From Octopus vulgaris (lineage: Eukaryota): a stretch of 64,000 bases of DNA. The stretch is taken from positions 35,836,001-35,900,000 of the forward strand of contig OX597825.1 in assembly GCA_951406725.2 (NCBI GenBank), read 5' to 3'. Position numbers and translations under genes: made by a program. The notes under the pieces are model-generated. The model was not told where the DNA came from. It searched no databases and saw nothing but the letters and a program-made list of their open reading frames with translations. This document shows positions 1 through 14,884 of this stretch, in pieces (positions within the stretch are counted from its first letter, which is position 1; every line of letters begins with the position of its first letter).

Positions 1-391
<391 letters not shown>

Positions 392-1984
392 ATCATCATC
401 ATCATCATCATCATCATCGTTTAACGTCCGTTCTCCATGCTAGCATGGGTTGGACGGTTCGACCGGGGATCTGGGAAGCCAGAAGGCTGCACCAGGCTCC
501 AGTCTTATCTGGCAGTGTTTCTACAGCTGGATGCCCTTCCTAACGCCAACCACTCCGTGAGTGTAGTGGGTGCTTTTTACGTGCCACCTGCACAGGTGCC
601 AGGCGAGGCTGGCAACGGCCACGGTCGGATTGGTGTATTTTATGTGCCACCGGCACGGAAGCCAGACGAGGCGGTGCTGGCATCGGCCACGAGTCGGATG
701 GTGCTTTTTACGTACCACCAGACCAGGGATCCTGGCTGGTTCAATTCGATTTCGATTTCGCTTGCCCCAACATGTCTTCGCAAGCAAGGGGGTTGGCATG
801 GGTGCCTGTTGTACAGTCAGATTGGTGTATTTTACGTGCCACCGGCACGGAAGCCAGTGGAGGCGGCGCTGGCATCGGCCACGAGTCGGATAGTGCTTTT
901 TATGTACCACCAGACCAGGGAACCTGGCTGGTTCAATTCGATTCGATTTCGCTTGCCCCAACATGTCTTCACAAGCAAGGGGGTTGGCATGGGTGCCTGT
1001 CGTACGGTCAGATTGGTGTATTTTACGTGCCACCGGCACAGAAGCCAGTGGAGGCGGCGCTGGCATCGGCCACGAGTCGGATAGTGCTTTTTACGTACCA
1101 CCAGACCAGGGAACTTGGCTGGTTCAATTCGATTTTGACTTCCATTTCGATTTCGCTTGCCCCAACATGTCTTCGCAAGCAAAGGGAGGTTGGCATGGGT
1201 GCCTGTCGTCGGATGAGGTTCTATATCGACTTCGCTTGCCTCAACAGGTCTTTGTGTCCAAGGGAGGAAAGGCATTCATAAGTGGGCTGGGCTCACTTGT
1301 CCTGCCTGGTTTTCTCACGTACAGAATATTTCCAAAGGTCTCGGTCGCTGGTCATTTCCTCAGTGAGGCCTAAAGTTCGAAGGTCGTGCTTCACCACCTC
1401 GTCCCAGGTTTTCCTGGGTCTACCTCTTCCACGGGTTCCCTCAACTGCTAGGGATTGGCACTTTCTCACACACCTATCTTCATCCATTCTCGCCACATGA
1501 CCATACCAGCGCAATCGTCTCTCTTGCACACCACAACTGATGCCTCTTAGGTACAACATTTCTCTCAAGGTGCTAACGCTCTGTCGAGTATGTACATTGA
1601 CATTACACATCCATCGGAGCATACTGGCTTCATTCCTCACGAGCTTACGCATGTCCTCGGCAGTCACAGCCCATGTTTCACTGCCATGTAGCATGGCTGT
1701 TCGTACACACGCATCATACAGTCTGCCTTTTACTCTGAGCGAGAGGCCTTTAGTCACCAGCAGAGGTAAGAGCTCCCTAAACTTTGCCCAGGCTATTCTT
1801 ATTCTAGCAGTTACACTTTCAGCGCACCCACCCCCACTACTGACTTGGTCACCTAGATAACGGAAGCTATCAACTACTTCTAGTTTTTCCCCTTGGAAAG
1901 TAACTGAAGTTATTTTCTGCAGATTTTCGGAGGTTAATGCTCCTGAGCATCTGCCACATACAAAAACTATCTTCCCAGTTAGCC
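392..1984 (-). mobile_element. RTE-clade LINE, 5'-truncated (ORF2 C-terminus, 3' UTR, (ATG)n tail)
   Basis: ORF 1293-1757(-) reads KGRLYDACVRTAMLHGSETW...RRLRWYGHVARM...GRGRPRKTW, typical of the RTE post-RT region. The 3' motif ctggatgcccttcctaacgccaacca and a (CAT)n run at 392-418 are on the + strand. The element is cut off at (TA)n near 1984. Confidence 0.92.
624..1210 (-). repeat. About 3 tandem copies of a ~192-bp unit in the RTE 3' UTR
   Basis: tggtgtattt recurs at 631, 823 and 1014 with near-identical sequence in between. Confidence 0.9.
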
Positions 1985-3287
<1,303 letters not shown>

Positions 3288-6033
3288 GATTGATTGATTG
3301 ATTCTAGTTTCAGCCTATGAGCCGTGGCCATGCTGGGGCACCGCCATTTGGTGTTGCTACTTGGTTTCACTTCATGGAGGCTTTCTAGCAACTGCCATTT
3401 GGTGCATGAGAGAGTTCGATGCAGCTGCCCTCGTCTGCCCCTCCTGCCGTGAAGTTAGTTCATCTGGGATACCTGACAGGAAGAGATCCAGCTTCATTTT
3501 AAAGACATCTGTATCCACCCCATGCAGGTCTCTCAGGTTCTTCGGGAGGATATTGAAGAGCTGTGGGCCTCGGAAGCCCAGGCTATCACAGAATCTTGTC
3601 CTACATCTTGATGGCAGGCTTGGAGTCCTAGGCACCACGCAGTGGCGCCCAGTTCTGGCATTTGCGTAACTCTCGATGCCAAAGTTCAGGACACTTCCCT
3701 CCAGGATCTTCCAGATGTATATTATGGCATATCTTTCCCGCCTACGCTCCAGAGAATATAATTTTAATCTCTTGAGTCTTTCCCAGTAGCTTACATTCTG
3801 CATAGAGGCTATCTTCTTTGTGTAGCTTCGTTGGATCGCCTCAAGTTCTGTGATCAACTTGACACTGGATGGTGACCATAGCTGAGAGTAATAGTCAAAG
3901 TGGCTTAGGACAAGTGTCTTCCAGAGGACCATCATGGTTTTTTGTTCTCTTGTTCTAAAGGTTCTAAGAATCCATCCAGCCAGCCGTCTACATTTCATTG
4001 TCAGTTTAGCAACATGTACATGAAAGGTCGCGTCATCACTCATGTGAATACCCAGGTCACGCACTGATTGTGCCTCTGGGATTGCAATCCCTCCGGGTCC
4101 AGTGTATTCATTGGGTATTGCATTCAGTTTTGCATGCTGATAGTATAAAGCTTGAAACTTTCCAGCATTGAACTGCATGCTATTCTTTTCAGCCCACTTG
4201 TATATTTCGTCCAGCTCACATTGCAGGTGTTTAGTGTCCTCAGGGTTCTGTATTGCCTGTGAAACTTTTGTATCATCTGCATAACTTGTGATCGTGGCTC
4301 TCTGCGTGGCTGAGGGCATGTCTGAGAGGGCCATTATGAACAGTAGTGGTCCCAGAACTGTGCCCTGCGGAACACCGCTCACTATTTGTGTGTTAATGGA
4401 GGTGGCCCCATTGGCTACTACCACCTGACTTCTATCCTTCAGAAAGTCATGAAGCCATTCTCCCAGTTTTCCAACTATGTTGAGATCACGCAGTTTGTGA
4501 CATATCATTCCATGATCGACTTTATCAAAGGCCTTTGCAAAGTCGAGATATATCACTTCCACATTTGAGTGGTTGAGCAGCCGTTTCAGCACCCAGACAT
4601 AGTGTTGTAGGAGCTGAGTTAAACAGCTTCTCCCTGGTCGGAAACCATGTTGGGTGTCGGGCAGCAAGTCATTCTCTTCAAGGAAGGTGATCAGCTTCCT
4701 TCTGACTATTCGTTCCATGACCTTGCTGATGTGTGAGGTCAGAGAGATAGGTCTATAGTTCTTGGCTTCCGCTCTGCTACCTCCTTTATGAATGGGGCAT
4801 ATTTTACCTTCCTTCAGTTTTCCTGGAAGTTTGCCAGCTGCAAGGAAGCTCTGAAAGAGGAACTGCAGTGGTCTTGCTAGGACTCTCTTACATGCTTTTA
4901 GGAGGATTGCCGGGAATCCATCGGGGCCAGTAGCTGAGTCTGTTTTCATTTCATCTATAGCCTTGGTTACATCGTCTTCCTTTATATCGATGTAATCTAT
5001 CGTCGCCGCCTCTGATTTTATATCTGCAGTGGTAAAAAAGTCAGTTGGATTGGTGATTTGGAGATGCCCAAGGGGTGGAGTGAAAACACTCTTGAATTGC
5101 TCATTCAGTATTTCACTTACCCTCATTGGTTTTCCTGTAAGTGTGCCATCCTTTTCGAGGAGTGGCCCTATTCTACAGTGCACTGTAGCTGTTTCTTTGG
5201 CATACCTGTAGAAAGCTCTGGGGTTAGATTTTATGTTTTCTATAGCCCAGGCTTCTTTGTCTGCTCTTTCTTTTTCATGGGAGAGTTGCAGACATTTTTC
5301 GATTTCCAACAGTTTTATTTTTAGGCGGGACTTTTCACTGCTTTCAATCTGTTTGTTTAGGCGATTTGAAAATTTCGTACGCCGTCTCATTAAAATTTTC
5401 CTCTCTCTGGGGATTTTGTTCTTGTGTACAGTGGCCTTTCTCTCTGGGACACATTTGTAGCATATGGCTTGCATTACAGACATGAATTGTTGAAGTTTCA
5501 TGTCGATGTCTGGCGAGGAGAGACATTTAGGCCAGTTTTGTTTGAGGATCTCTTTCTCAATTTGTTTCCAGTTTGCCTTATGGTAGTTCAAGCTGGAAAG
5601 ATTTTGAGGGTTTCTTGTAGGCTGCATGTCCGTGCTCTCTTTTGGCCCGTACATGGTCAGCTCTATCATGTTGTGATCCGAGAGTATTGTCGGTGTCACT
5701 TTCACATTATGGATGAGATCCATGTCATTTGTGAAGCAGAGATCCAGTGTGTTACCTGCCCTGGTTGGTTGGAGTATTACCTGCTCCATGTACAGGGTGT
5801 TGATGAGGTTCAGGAGGGACCTCGCCTGTCCTCGTTCACATCTTGTCATTCCTGGGAGAGAAAGGCCCTCGGGCCATCTGACATTGGGCAGATTGAAGTC
5901 TCCCATAAGAAGCACACCTATGTGTTGTTCTAATGTGGTTAGAATTTCTTCTATTTTTATAAGGCAGTCTTCAAACTTGCCCACATGGCTTGGGGCATCT
6001 GGAGGGCGATATGTAGCACACACAACTACATCA
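3288..6033 (-). mobile_element. CR1/L2-group non-LTR retrotransposon, 5'-truncated, inserted in (TA)n
   Basis: Long ORF with endonuclease and RT motifs, a ~70-bp 3' UTR and an (AATC)n tail (gattgatt at 3288-3302). (TA)n lies on both sides. Confidence 0.92.
3372..6023 (-). CDS. LINE ORF2: C-terminal half of AP endonuclease plus reverse transcriptase, 883 aa uninterrupted, N-terminus missing
   Basis: Endonuclease motifs [28 protein letters not shown] motifs [57 protein letters not shown]. Confidence 0.93.
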   Translation of the reverse strand: MCATYRPPDAPSHVGKFEDCLIKIEEILTTLEQHIGVLLMGDFNLPNVRWPEGLSLPGMTRCERGQARSLLNLINTLYMEQVILQPTRAGNTLDLCFTNDMDLIHNVKVTPTILSDHNMIELTMYGPKESTDMQPTRNPQNLSSLNYHKANWKQIEKEILKQNWPKCLSSPDIDMKLQQFMSVMQAICYKCVPERKATVHKNKIPRERKILMRRRTKFSNRLNKQIESSEKSRLKIKLLEIEKCLQLSHEKERADKEAWAIENIKSNPRAFYRYAKETATVHCRIGPLLEKDGTLTGKPMRVSEILNEQFKSVFTPPLGHLQITNPTDFFTTADIKSEAATIDYIDIKEDDVTKAIDEMKTDSATGPDGFPAILLKACKRVLARPLQFLFQSFLAAGKLPGKLKEGKICPIHKGGSRAEAKNYRPISLTSHISKVMERIVRRKLITFLEENDLLPDTQHGFRPGRSCLTQLLQHYVWVLKRLLNHSNVEVIYLDFAKAFDKVDHGMICHKLRDLNIVGKLGEWLHDFLKDRSQVVVANGATSINTQIVSGVPQGTVLGPLLFIMALSDMPSATQRATITSYADDTKVSQAIQNPEDTKHLQCELDEIYKWAEKNSMQFNAGKFQALYYQHAKLNAIPNEYTGPGGIAIPEAQSVRDLGIHMSDDATFHVHVAKLTMKCRRLAGWILRTFRTREQKTMMVLWKTLVLSHFDYYSQLWSPSSVKLITELEAIQRSYTKKIASMQNVSYWERLKRLKLYSLERRRERYAIIYIWKILEGSVLNFGIESYANARTGRHCVVPRTPSLPSRCRTRFCDSLGFRGPQLFNILPKNLRDLHGVDTDVFKMKLDLFLSGIPDELTSRQEGQTRAAASNSLMHQMAVARKPP

Positions 6034-6685
<652 letters not shown>

Positions 6686-6969
6686 ATAATGAAGGGTGAA
6701 ATTAATTAATTTGGAATAATTATCAATTACACCAAGTAGTCTTCGGCATGTAAAAGCCTCATTCGAGGAAAATTTAAGTAATACTAAGCAATAAAGGGTT
6801 TGGCAACGAATTGCCTTACCACATACCGAATTTAGAAATAGCAGTTAAAGAGTTATAGCTATTTCTTCTACTAAAAAGGGAGATCTCAGTAAAAACAGCA
6901 ATTGGAAGGCAGACACAAACAGGTAAGAGGGAATGAATTGACGGCAATCTATCATACAATTTTAAGTTA

Positions 6970-7070
6970 TCTACGGACGTACGTTTCGAAATCAAGTTCT
7001 TAGGAAAGCATAAGAATTAAATATTAAATAATTCTATCTTACCAAGAACTTCTTTTCTCTTCAGCGTAGA
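6970..7070 (-). ncRNA. Type I hammerhead ribozyme (copy 1)
   Basis: Reverse complement of 7405-7505: UCUACG-CUGAAGA-stem II-GAAA-CGUACG-UC/CGUAGA. Confidence 0.85.
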
Positions 7071-7404
7071 ATACTATAATCATAAATGATTATATATTGA
7101 ATTTTGAGATACTAGAAGGCATCAACTCAACTCAGTATCAGAGCGAGCTAGAATCCGCAACTAGTATCACCAAATTCAATGTGTGAATGAAAAGATTGTG
7201 TCACCAGCCCCTTCCCACCCGCGTGTAGCCAAAACAAGATGCTGTGGTAATCTACTGAGATAAAATATGGTTATCCGTAATAATGAAGGGTGAAATTAAT
7301 TAATTTGGAATAATTATCAATTACACCAAGTAGTCTTCGGCATGTTGAGTTGATGCCTTCTAGTATCTCAAAATTCAATATATAATCATTTATGATTATA
7401 GTAT

Positions 7405-7505
7405 TCTACGCTGAAGAGAAAAGAAGTTCTTGGTAAGATAGAATTATTTAATATTTAATTCTTATGCTTTCCTAAGAACTTGATTTCGAAACGTACGTCC
7501 GTAGA
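7405..7505 (+). ncRNA. Type I hammerhead ribozyme (copy 2), predicted cleavage after C7499
   Basis: Stem I tctacg (7405-10) pairs with cgtaga (7500-05). Core CUGAAGA at 7411-17. Stem II is gaaa/tttc, then aagttctt/aagaactt, then gaatta/taattc. GAAA at 7488-91, stem III within the palindrome acgtacgt, GUC cleavage triplet. Confidence 0.88.
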
Positions 7506-7998
7506 TAACTTAAAATTGTATGATAGATTGCCGTCAATTCATTCCCTCTTACCTGTTTGTGTCTGCCTTCCAATTGCTGTTTTTACTGAGATCTCCCTTT
7601 TTAGTAGAAGAAATAGCTATAACTCTTTAACTGCTATTTCTAAATTCGGTATGTGGTAAGGCAATTCGTTGCCAAACCCTTTATTGCTTAGTATTACTTA
7701 AATTTTCCTCGAATGAGGCTTTTACATGCCGAAGACTACTTGGTGTAATTGATAATTATTCCAAATTAATTAATTTCACCCTTCATTATTACGGATAACC
7801 ATATTTTATCTCAGTAGATTACCACAGCATCTTGTTTTGGCTACACGCGGGTGGGAAGGGGCTGGTGACACAATCTTTTCATTCACACATTGAATTTGGT
7901 GATACTAGTTGCGGATTCTAGCTCGCTCTGATACTGAGTTGAGTTGATGCCTTCTAGTATCTCAAAATTCAATATATAATCATTTATGATTATAGTAT

Positions 7999-8099
7999 TC
8001 TACGCTGAAGAGAAAAGAAGTTCTTGGTAAGATAGAATTATTTAATATTTAATTCTTATGCTTTCCTAAGAACTTGATTTCGAAACGTACGTCCGTAGA
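7999..8099 (+). ncRNA. Type I hammerhead ribozyme (copy 3), predicted cleavage after C8093
   Basis: Same sequence as copy 2, 594 nt downstream. Confidence 0.88.
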
Positions 8100-8284
8100 T
8101 AACTTAAAATTGTATGATAGATTGCCGTCAATTCATTCCCTCTTACCTGTTTGTGTCTGCCTTCCAATTGCTGTTTTTACTGAGATCTCCCTTTTTAGTA
8201 GAAGAAATAGCTATAACTCTTTAACTGCTATTTCTAAATTCGGTATGTGGTAAGGCAATTCGTTGCCAAACCCTTTATTGCTTA

Positions 8285-8892
<608 letters not shown>

Positions 8893-9398
8893 TGGTGGTG
8901 CTATTAAGTTAGACATGGCCTGGGCCAATACTGGCCAAAACCTTTCTAAGTTATTCTAAGTTATAAGTTTTCATGGCTTCCCTCTGACTCCTGCATACAC
9001 GTTCACTTTGCTCAGCACTTGTCAGCAATCCAAATAAAATTACTATGCTTTATTAATAAACAGCTTTCTGACATTTATTTCTATATGCACTTCATTCCAC
9101 ATCTAACTTTGGACATCTAACCTGGATAATGTAGGACTGGGTGCATTGTATTTGAGAAATGGATGAGATAGTCAGAAATGGCATCCCTTTGATCAAAGTT
9201 CTGTTGAATCAGAGCTTACCTGGGTTTAGAAAATAGTAACAATTTAATGGAAATTTGGGATATGTGTAGCAATGAATCTGCAGATATAATGGGTTGTTTC
9301 ATAAGTCCATTCAATTCGGCTACATAATATCAAGAACAACAATAAATACAGAAAACAGTAGCAAAAATGCAATAAGAACAACAACAACATATACTTAC

Positions 9399-9590
9399 AT
9401 CTATCAAAAGGTTCGAAACGGTTACCACAGTTGACATTTGGGATGTCATCACATTTTAATTGTACATCATTAAAAAGTTGAGGGAAAGGGCATTTACGAA
9501 TTAAATCTGGATTGTCTGAGCTGCAGTTGTAATACCAGTTGCAGTTCTCATTATACGGTATGAGCCCATTATAGTTTGAGCATGATAAAT
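9399..9590 (-). CDS. Internal exon of a chitin-binding (peritrophin-A/CBM14) domain protein
   Basis: Acceptor ttttcgtttatag and donor gtaagt; 192 nt, phase 1-1. Translation LSCSNYNGLIPYNENCNWYYNCSSDNPDLIRKCPFPQLFNDVQLKCDDIPNVNCGNRFEPFDR has the 6-Cys ChtBD2 pattern. Phase fits the exon at 26037-26328. Confidence 0.88.
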
Positions 9591-9645
9591 CTATAAACGA
9601 AAAAAATTAGACAAATATATATATATGGGTAAATACATAGATAAA

Positions 9646-10204
9646 CAGGGTGGCCCAAAAGTAGGTTTACAGTTATCACATAGGCACTTTAAAATTCTTT
9701 TCAAACATTTCATTACATTTAAATTTCTATCTTACAATCATATTGTTTATGCACATCTGAAACAGACAATGTTTAATCTCTCAGATGCTCAAAATGTCCT
9801 CCTTCAACATTGCAACATTCTTCAAACCTCTTCAGAGCACTCTGACACTATGTACCAGTCGTGGACAGAAAGGTTTTAATTTCAGCTTATGCATTAGTTG
9901 TTGCAATGATGTTCTTGGTATGGATAGTTCTAGAGAAGCATGTTGTGTGAACTTCTTTGAACTGTTCACAAATGTCATAGCCACTAACATCTCATTTTTT
10001 TTTTAAGTCACAGAAGTCTTAAGGCATCCAGATTTTGGTAAAATTAAAAAACAATTACAAACTGAAAAGGGGGCTTGACAAAATTAACTAAATTAGCATG
10101 CAATAATGGTTTCATATTTTTTTTATAATTAAGATCTAAACTGTTAATATATGAAAGAGAAAGAGATAGTTGAATAACTGTAAACCTACTTTTGGGCCAC
10201 TTTG
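9646..10204. mobile_element. Internally deleted Tc1/mariner-type element (MITE)
   Basis: ~31-bp TIRs cagggtggcccaaaagtaggtttacagttat and ataactgtaaacctacttttgggccactttg, followed by TA. Confidence 0.85.
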
Positions 10205-11345
10205 TATACATAATACATATATATATTTTTGTATTTATGTGTGTATGTATGTATGCATAACAGAAATAGAAGCAGAAACAGAAACTTCCTGGTACAACAA
10301 TGTATTAGTGGGACCTGTGGAAATTCTACAGAATGAAAATGATAAAGAGAAACTAGTTAAGAAAGGATAATTTGAATTTTTATTTTTATTTTGCTAAGTA
10401 TTTCACTCCCAATCACAATGATATATTTTAAAATTTCCCTCTACTATACACTTTATATTTCTCTTTTTCTCTCCACTTCTTCAACAAACTTTTTAACCAT
10501 GTAATTCCCATCTTCATGTCTTTAATATTTCTCTCTTTTTCTTCACCTAACTCTCTCACTTAGTATAACTGCCTCCCCTTCCCATCTCTCTTTGTCTGCC
10601 TGTCTTTAACCTCACCACCAGAACATTACCCTCTGCTAAATGTTGTATCCTAAACATATCTCTTTCTCTTTACCTTTCCCTCCCCAACCTACACGTTGTT
10701 ACAGCACGTTGTTAACACTTTTCTCTCCCTCTTTTCTCTTACTGTCTTTTTCTCTCACTCTTTGCCTCTCGATTCAACTAACCACGTAACGCATTTGCCT
10801 TATTATACCCCTTTCTCTACTACTTCCTCACCTCCTTCTTCGCTGATCACATATGCACACACACTCTCACACCACCTCTACTCACTCTACCTCTACCTCT
10901 AACTAACTAGAGTATAATGGGTGAAAGAACAAGCAGATTATTATATAGCTATTAGTAAAAATTAATAAGAATTACGTTTTTGGTCCTTATTTTCTTCTTT
11001 AATGATTGGACGTTTACAAATCATATTGTATAACTTGTAAACATCTGATGACTAAAGTGTAAATCATCATCTTCAAGATCCCTTAACTGATGCAGCCAGT
11101 CACTGAAGTGCCACTCTAGATACTGGTTAACCACTGTTCTCTGTTTATTGTTATGCATAACAGGGTCGTTGTATTGTGACCTGCCCAGTCCTTGATGTTA
11201 TTAACCCTTTAGCATTCACATTTCTCAGTCAAATCTAAGGCTTATTCATTATCATTGTTTTAAATTAGTCATGCAATATCTTATGGTTTTGTGACTTCAA
11301 TGATGTCATAGTTGATGTGATGACATTGCAGGGTAAGTGTAAGAG

Positions 11346-11413
<68 letters not shown>

Positions 11414-11470
11414 TACATATATATATTCACATATACACACAAACATACATATATACACATATACACACAA

Positions 11471-11539
<69 letters not shown>

Positions 11540-11541
<2 letters not shown>

Positions 11542-11702
11542 TGCAGGAGTGGCTGTCTGGTAAGTAGCCTGCTTACCAACCACACAGTTCCGGGTTCAGT
11601 CCCACTGCATGGCACCTTGGGCAAGTGTCTTCTATTATAGCCTCAGGCTGACCAAAGCCTTGTGAGTGGATTTGGTAGACGGAAACTGAAAGAAGCCCGT
11701 CG

Positions 11703-11741
<39 letters not shown>

Positions 11742-11940
11742 GTGTGTGTGTGTTTGTGTGTCGCTTGACAACCGATGCTGGTGTGTTTACGTCCCCGTTA
11801 CTTAGCGGTTTGGCAAAAGAGACCAATAGGATAAGTACTAGGCTTACAAAGAATAAGTCCTGGAGTCGATTTGCTCGACTAAAAGGCAGTGCTCCAGCAT
11901 GGCCACAGTCAAATGACTGAAACAAGTAAAAGAGAAAGAG
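11540..11940 (+). mobile_element. tRNA-derived SINE, family A (CORE-like; resembles octopus OR-type SINEs)
   Basis: A-box-like tggctgtctggtaag, B-box-like ggttcagtccc, ccttgggcaag core, and tail gctccagcatggccacagtcaaatgactgaaacaagtaaaaga. Many copies in the window. Confidence 0.88.
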
Positions 11941-12247
11941 ATATATATACATATTCATACATACATATATATATATATATATACATATACATACCTATAC
12001 ATATATACATACATATACATACATATATACATATATATATACATACCTATACATATATACATACATATACATATATATATATACATACCTATACATATAT
12101 ACATACATATACATATATATATATATATATACATATATATATACATATACATATTTATATATATACATATACATATATATACATATTCATATATATACAT
12201 ATTCATATATATACATATTCATATATATACATATTTATATAAATATA

Positions 12248-12281
<34 letters not shown>

Positions 12282-12320
12282 TATATATATACATATACAT
12301 ACATATATATATATACATAC

Positions 12321-12395
<75 letters not shown>

Positions 12396-12397
12396 AA

Positions 12398-12466
<69 letters not shown>

Positions 12467-12610
12467 TCATCATCATCATCATCATTTAGCGTCCGTTTTC
12501 CATGCTAGCATGGGTTGGACGGTTCTACTGGGGTCTGTGAAGCCAGAAGGCTTCATCAGGCCCAGTCAAATCTGGCAGTGTTTCTACGGCTGGATGCCCT
12601 TCCTAACGCC
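11941..12610 (-). repeat. (TA/TACA)n microsatellite followed by a (CAT)n run and a short RTE 3' end
   Basis: catcatcat...gtccgttttccatgctagcatgggttggacgg...ctggatgcccttcctaacgcc matches 392-550. Confidence 0.85.
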
Positions 12611-12696
12611 ATGTATATATATGTATATAACAAAATAACAATATGTATATATATATATATGTATGTGCATATATATATACACACACACACATATAC

Positions 12697-12727
<31 letters not shown>

Positions 12728-12744
12728 TATATATATATACATAT

Positions 12745-13831
12745 TGTTATGCTTTAATACAGATCTTGATGGACTGGCTGAACGAGTTTTCACATGGATA
12801 AGTCTGTATTAAAACATAACAGAGTTATTTTGGTGACAAGGACGAGATCTGCTGTTTGATTTAATCAGCATTGCTTACTGTATATTACAAAATGGAAAAG
12901 CTTGTTGAACTTCTACAACAGCAAATTTCCATTCAAGAGAAACGTTTGGAAGATCAAGAATGCCATTACGAAGAACAAAGTAAAGAACAACAGCACCGTC
13001 ATGAAGAGCAAATGAAAGTCTTACAAGGGATGATTGGAAAACCTTTCACAAGTGCTGGGTTTGAGTCGGTCGTTTCTACTTCTCAAGTTGCCGCGCCCAG
13101 TTTTTCTGTGTTCGATTATACTACAGATCTATGGACTGACTACTGGTCAAGGTTTTGCACTTTTACCAAGGTGCATTCAGTTCCTGACAGTAAGAAACCT
13201 AAAGTTTTCCTTACTAATCAAACTTCTACTGTGTACAAGATGTTATCCAATCTGGTAGCACAAGAAACACCTCCAAGAGACATCAATGATCTTACGATGG
13301 ACCAAATCTCCAACTACATGAAGCAACAATTTGATCCAAAATGATTTGTTGTGCATGAGAGATTTTGCTTCTGGAGCAACATGAAGCACAAACTGGGTGA
13401 GTCAATTCAAGAATTAGCTACTTGCATTTGCCAGGCTGCTGCTACCTGTGATTTTATGGCAATCAAGGATCTTCTTGACAAAGCGTTGTGAACATGTTTC
13501 ATTTGCTCAGTCAACAACGAAGCTGTGCTAAAAGCACTTTTCAAAATCAACGCCAATGAACTTACATTCAATCGAACCATTGAAGTTGTTGTTGAGACAG
13601 AGAATGCTGCTAAAGTTGCTAAAGAAACTATCTACAGTTCTACTCCTATGCAGGTACAAAAGGTTAAATGTTTTAAATCTACAGGTAAAAAAACCGCAAG
13701 TTCTAAGGGGGCTGAAGACAATTTGAAATGGAAGTGTTACCATTGCAGGAAAACATCTCATCTTCATCACCAAAATAACTCTGCTATGTTTTAATACAGA
13801 CTTATCCACGTGAAAACTAGTCCTGTCCATC
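12745..13831 (+). mobile_element. Gypsy-type LTR retrotransposon remnant: short LTR, PBS, decayed gag, then an inverted LTR/PBS copy
   Basis: TG...CA unit at 12745-12821 with self-inverted ends; PBS-like tggtgacaagga at 12831. Gag-like text WTDYWSRF..., FLTNQ..., truncated knuckle CYHCRKTSH. 13759-13831 is the reverse complement of about 12768-12842. Confidence 0.78.
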
Positions 13832-14245
13832 TAACTCATCCAGCAAGTTGAGCAATAATGGAGTGAACATGTCAGCAATATATATATATACTCAAAAATA
13901 CACGCTGATTAAAGCAGAACCCAAAAATCCATGTGCAAAACAAAGCAGTATGCAAATTAGAACTATTAGTTGTACAAAATAACAAAATACAAATACATTT
14001 ACTAAACAAGGCAGAAGTCACCAAACTCAGTTCGATACCTAGTCAGAACAGAACTGAATTACTGAAATATAACACATATATATATAAATATTCATACAAC
14101 TCAAATGGTGCTTTTTTCATGCCACCAGCATGGGACCAGTCAACCAGTACTAGCATTGACCATGCTCGAATGGTACTTTTTATCTTAGCAAATTAATTTT
14201 CAAGAAAATTTTTTCTTACGAATTGCTTGCCCTTGTATATACATT

Positions 14246-14317
<72 letters not shown>

Positions 14318-14884
14318 TATATAGCAAAAGAGGGAGTGGTGTTTCCATGCAAGAAGAAAATATATAGGAAAATGTGTTGCTGAAAATGCACTTAAATTTC
14401 AAAAACTCGTAAATGTTTAAAATACATTTATTTACATATATACTAAACTAGTTTCAACAATATTTTTTGTTTATCAATGGTAAAAGTGTAAAATTAGAAA
14501 AACATCGTTATAAGTTTCAATGTTGACAAATCAAAATATTTCAATGTTGACAAACTGAAATGTTTCAATGATGTTAAATTAAAATGTTTCAATGTTGATA
14601 AATTATCATGTTCAAAACAGAAGGTGCAAGTTTGAAATTAAAAACTGTATATTAATTTGTTAGAATGTACAAGGTTCATTAATTTCAGTGGTGGTCGACA
14701 AGTCATACTGAAAAAAAAAAATAGTGTGAGAATTGAAATAGTTATAAAGGGGAAATTACAGTTTCTCAGATCTTTAAACAGTTGCTTCCGCTTCTATTGA
14801 AACATTTTGATTTGTCAACATTGAAACTTATAACGATGTTTTTCTAATTTTACACTTTTACCATTGATAAACAAAAAATATTGT

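Noticed and set aside
437-1373. Overlapping ORFs in several frames (also 35085-35694 and 51843-52841)
   Set aside because: By-products of GC-rich tandem modules in the RTE 3' UTR, with no recognisable domain.
11540-11620. tRNA gene candidates at SINE heads (also 34359, 36072, 47470)
   Set aside because: A/B-box-like motifs run straight into SINE bodies; no complete cloverleaf was seen.
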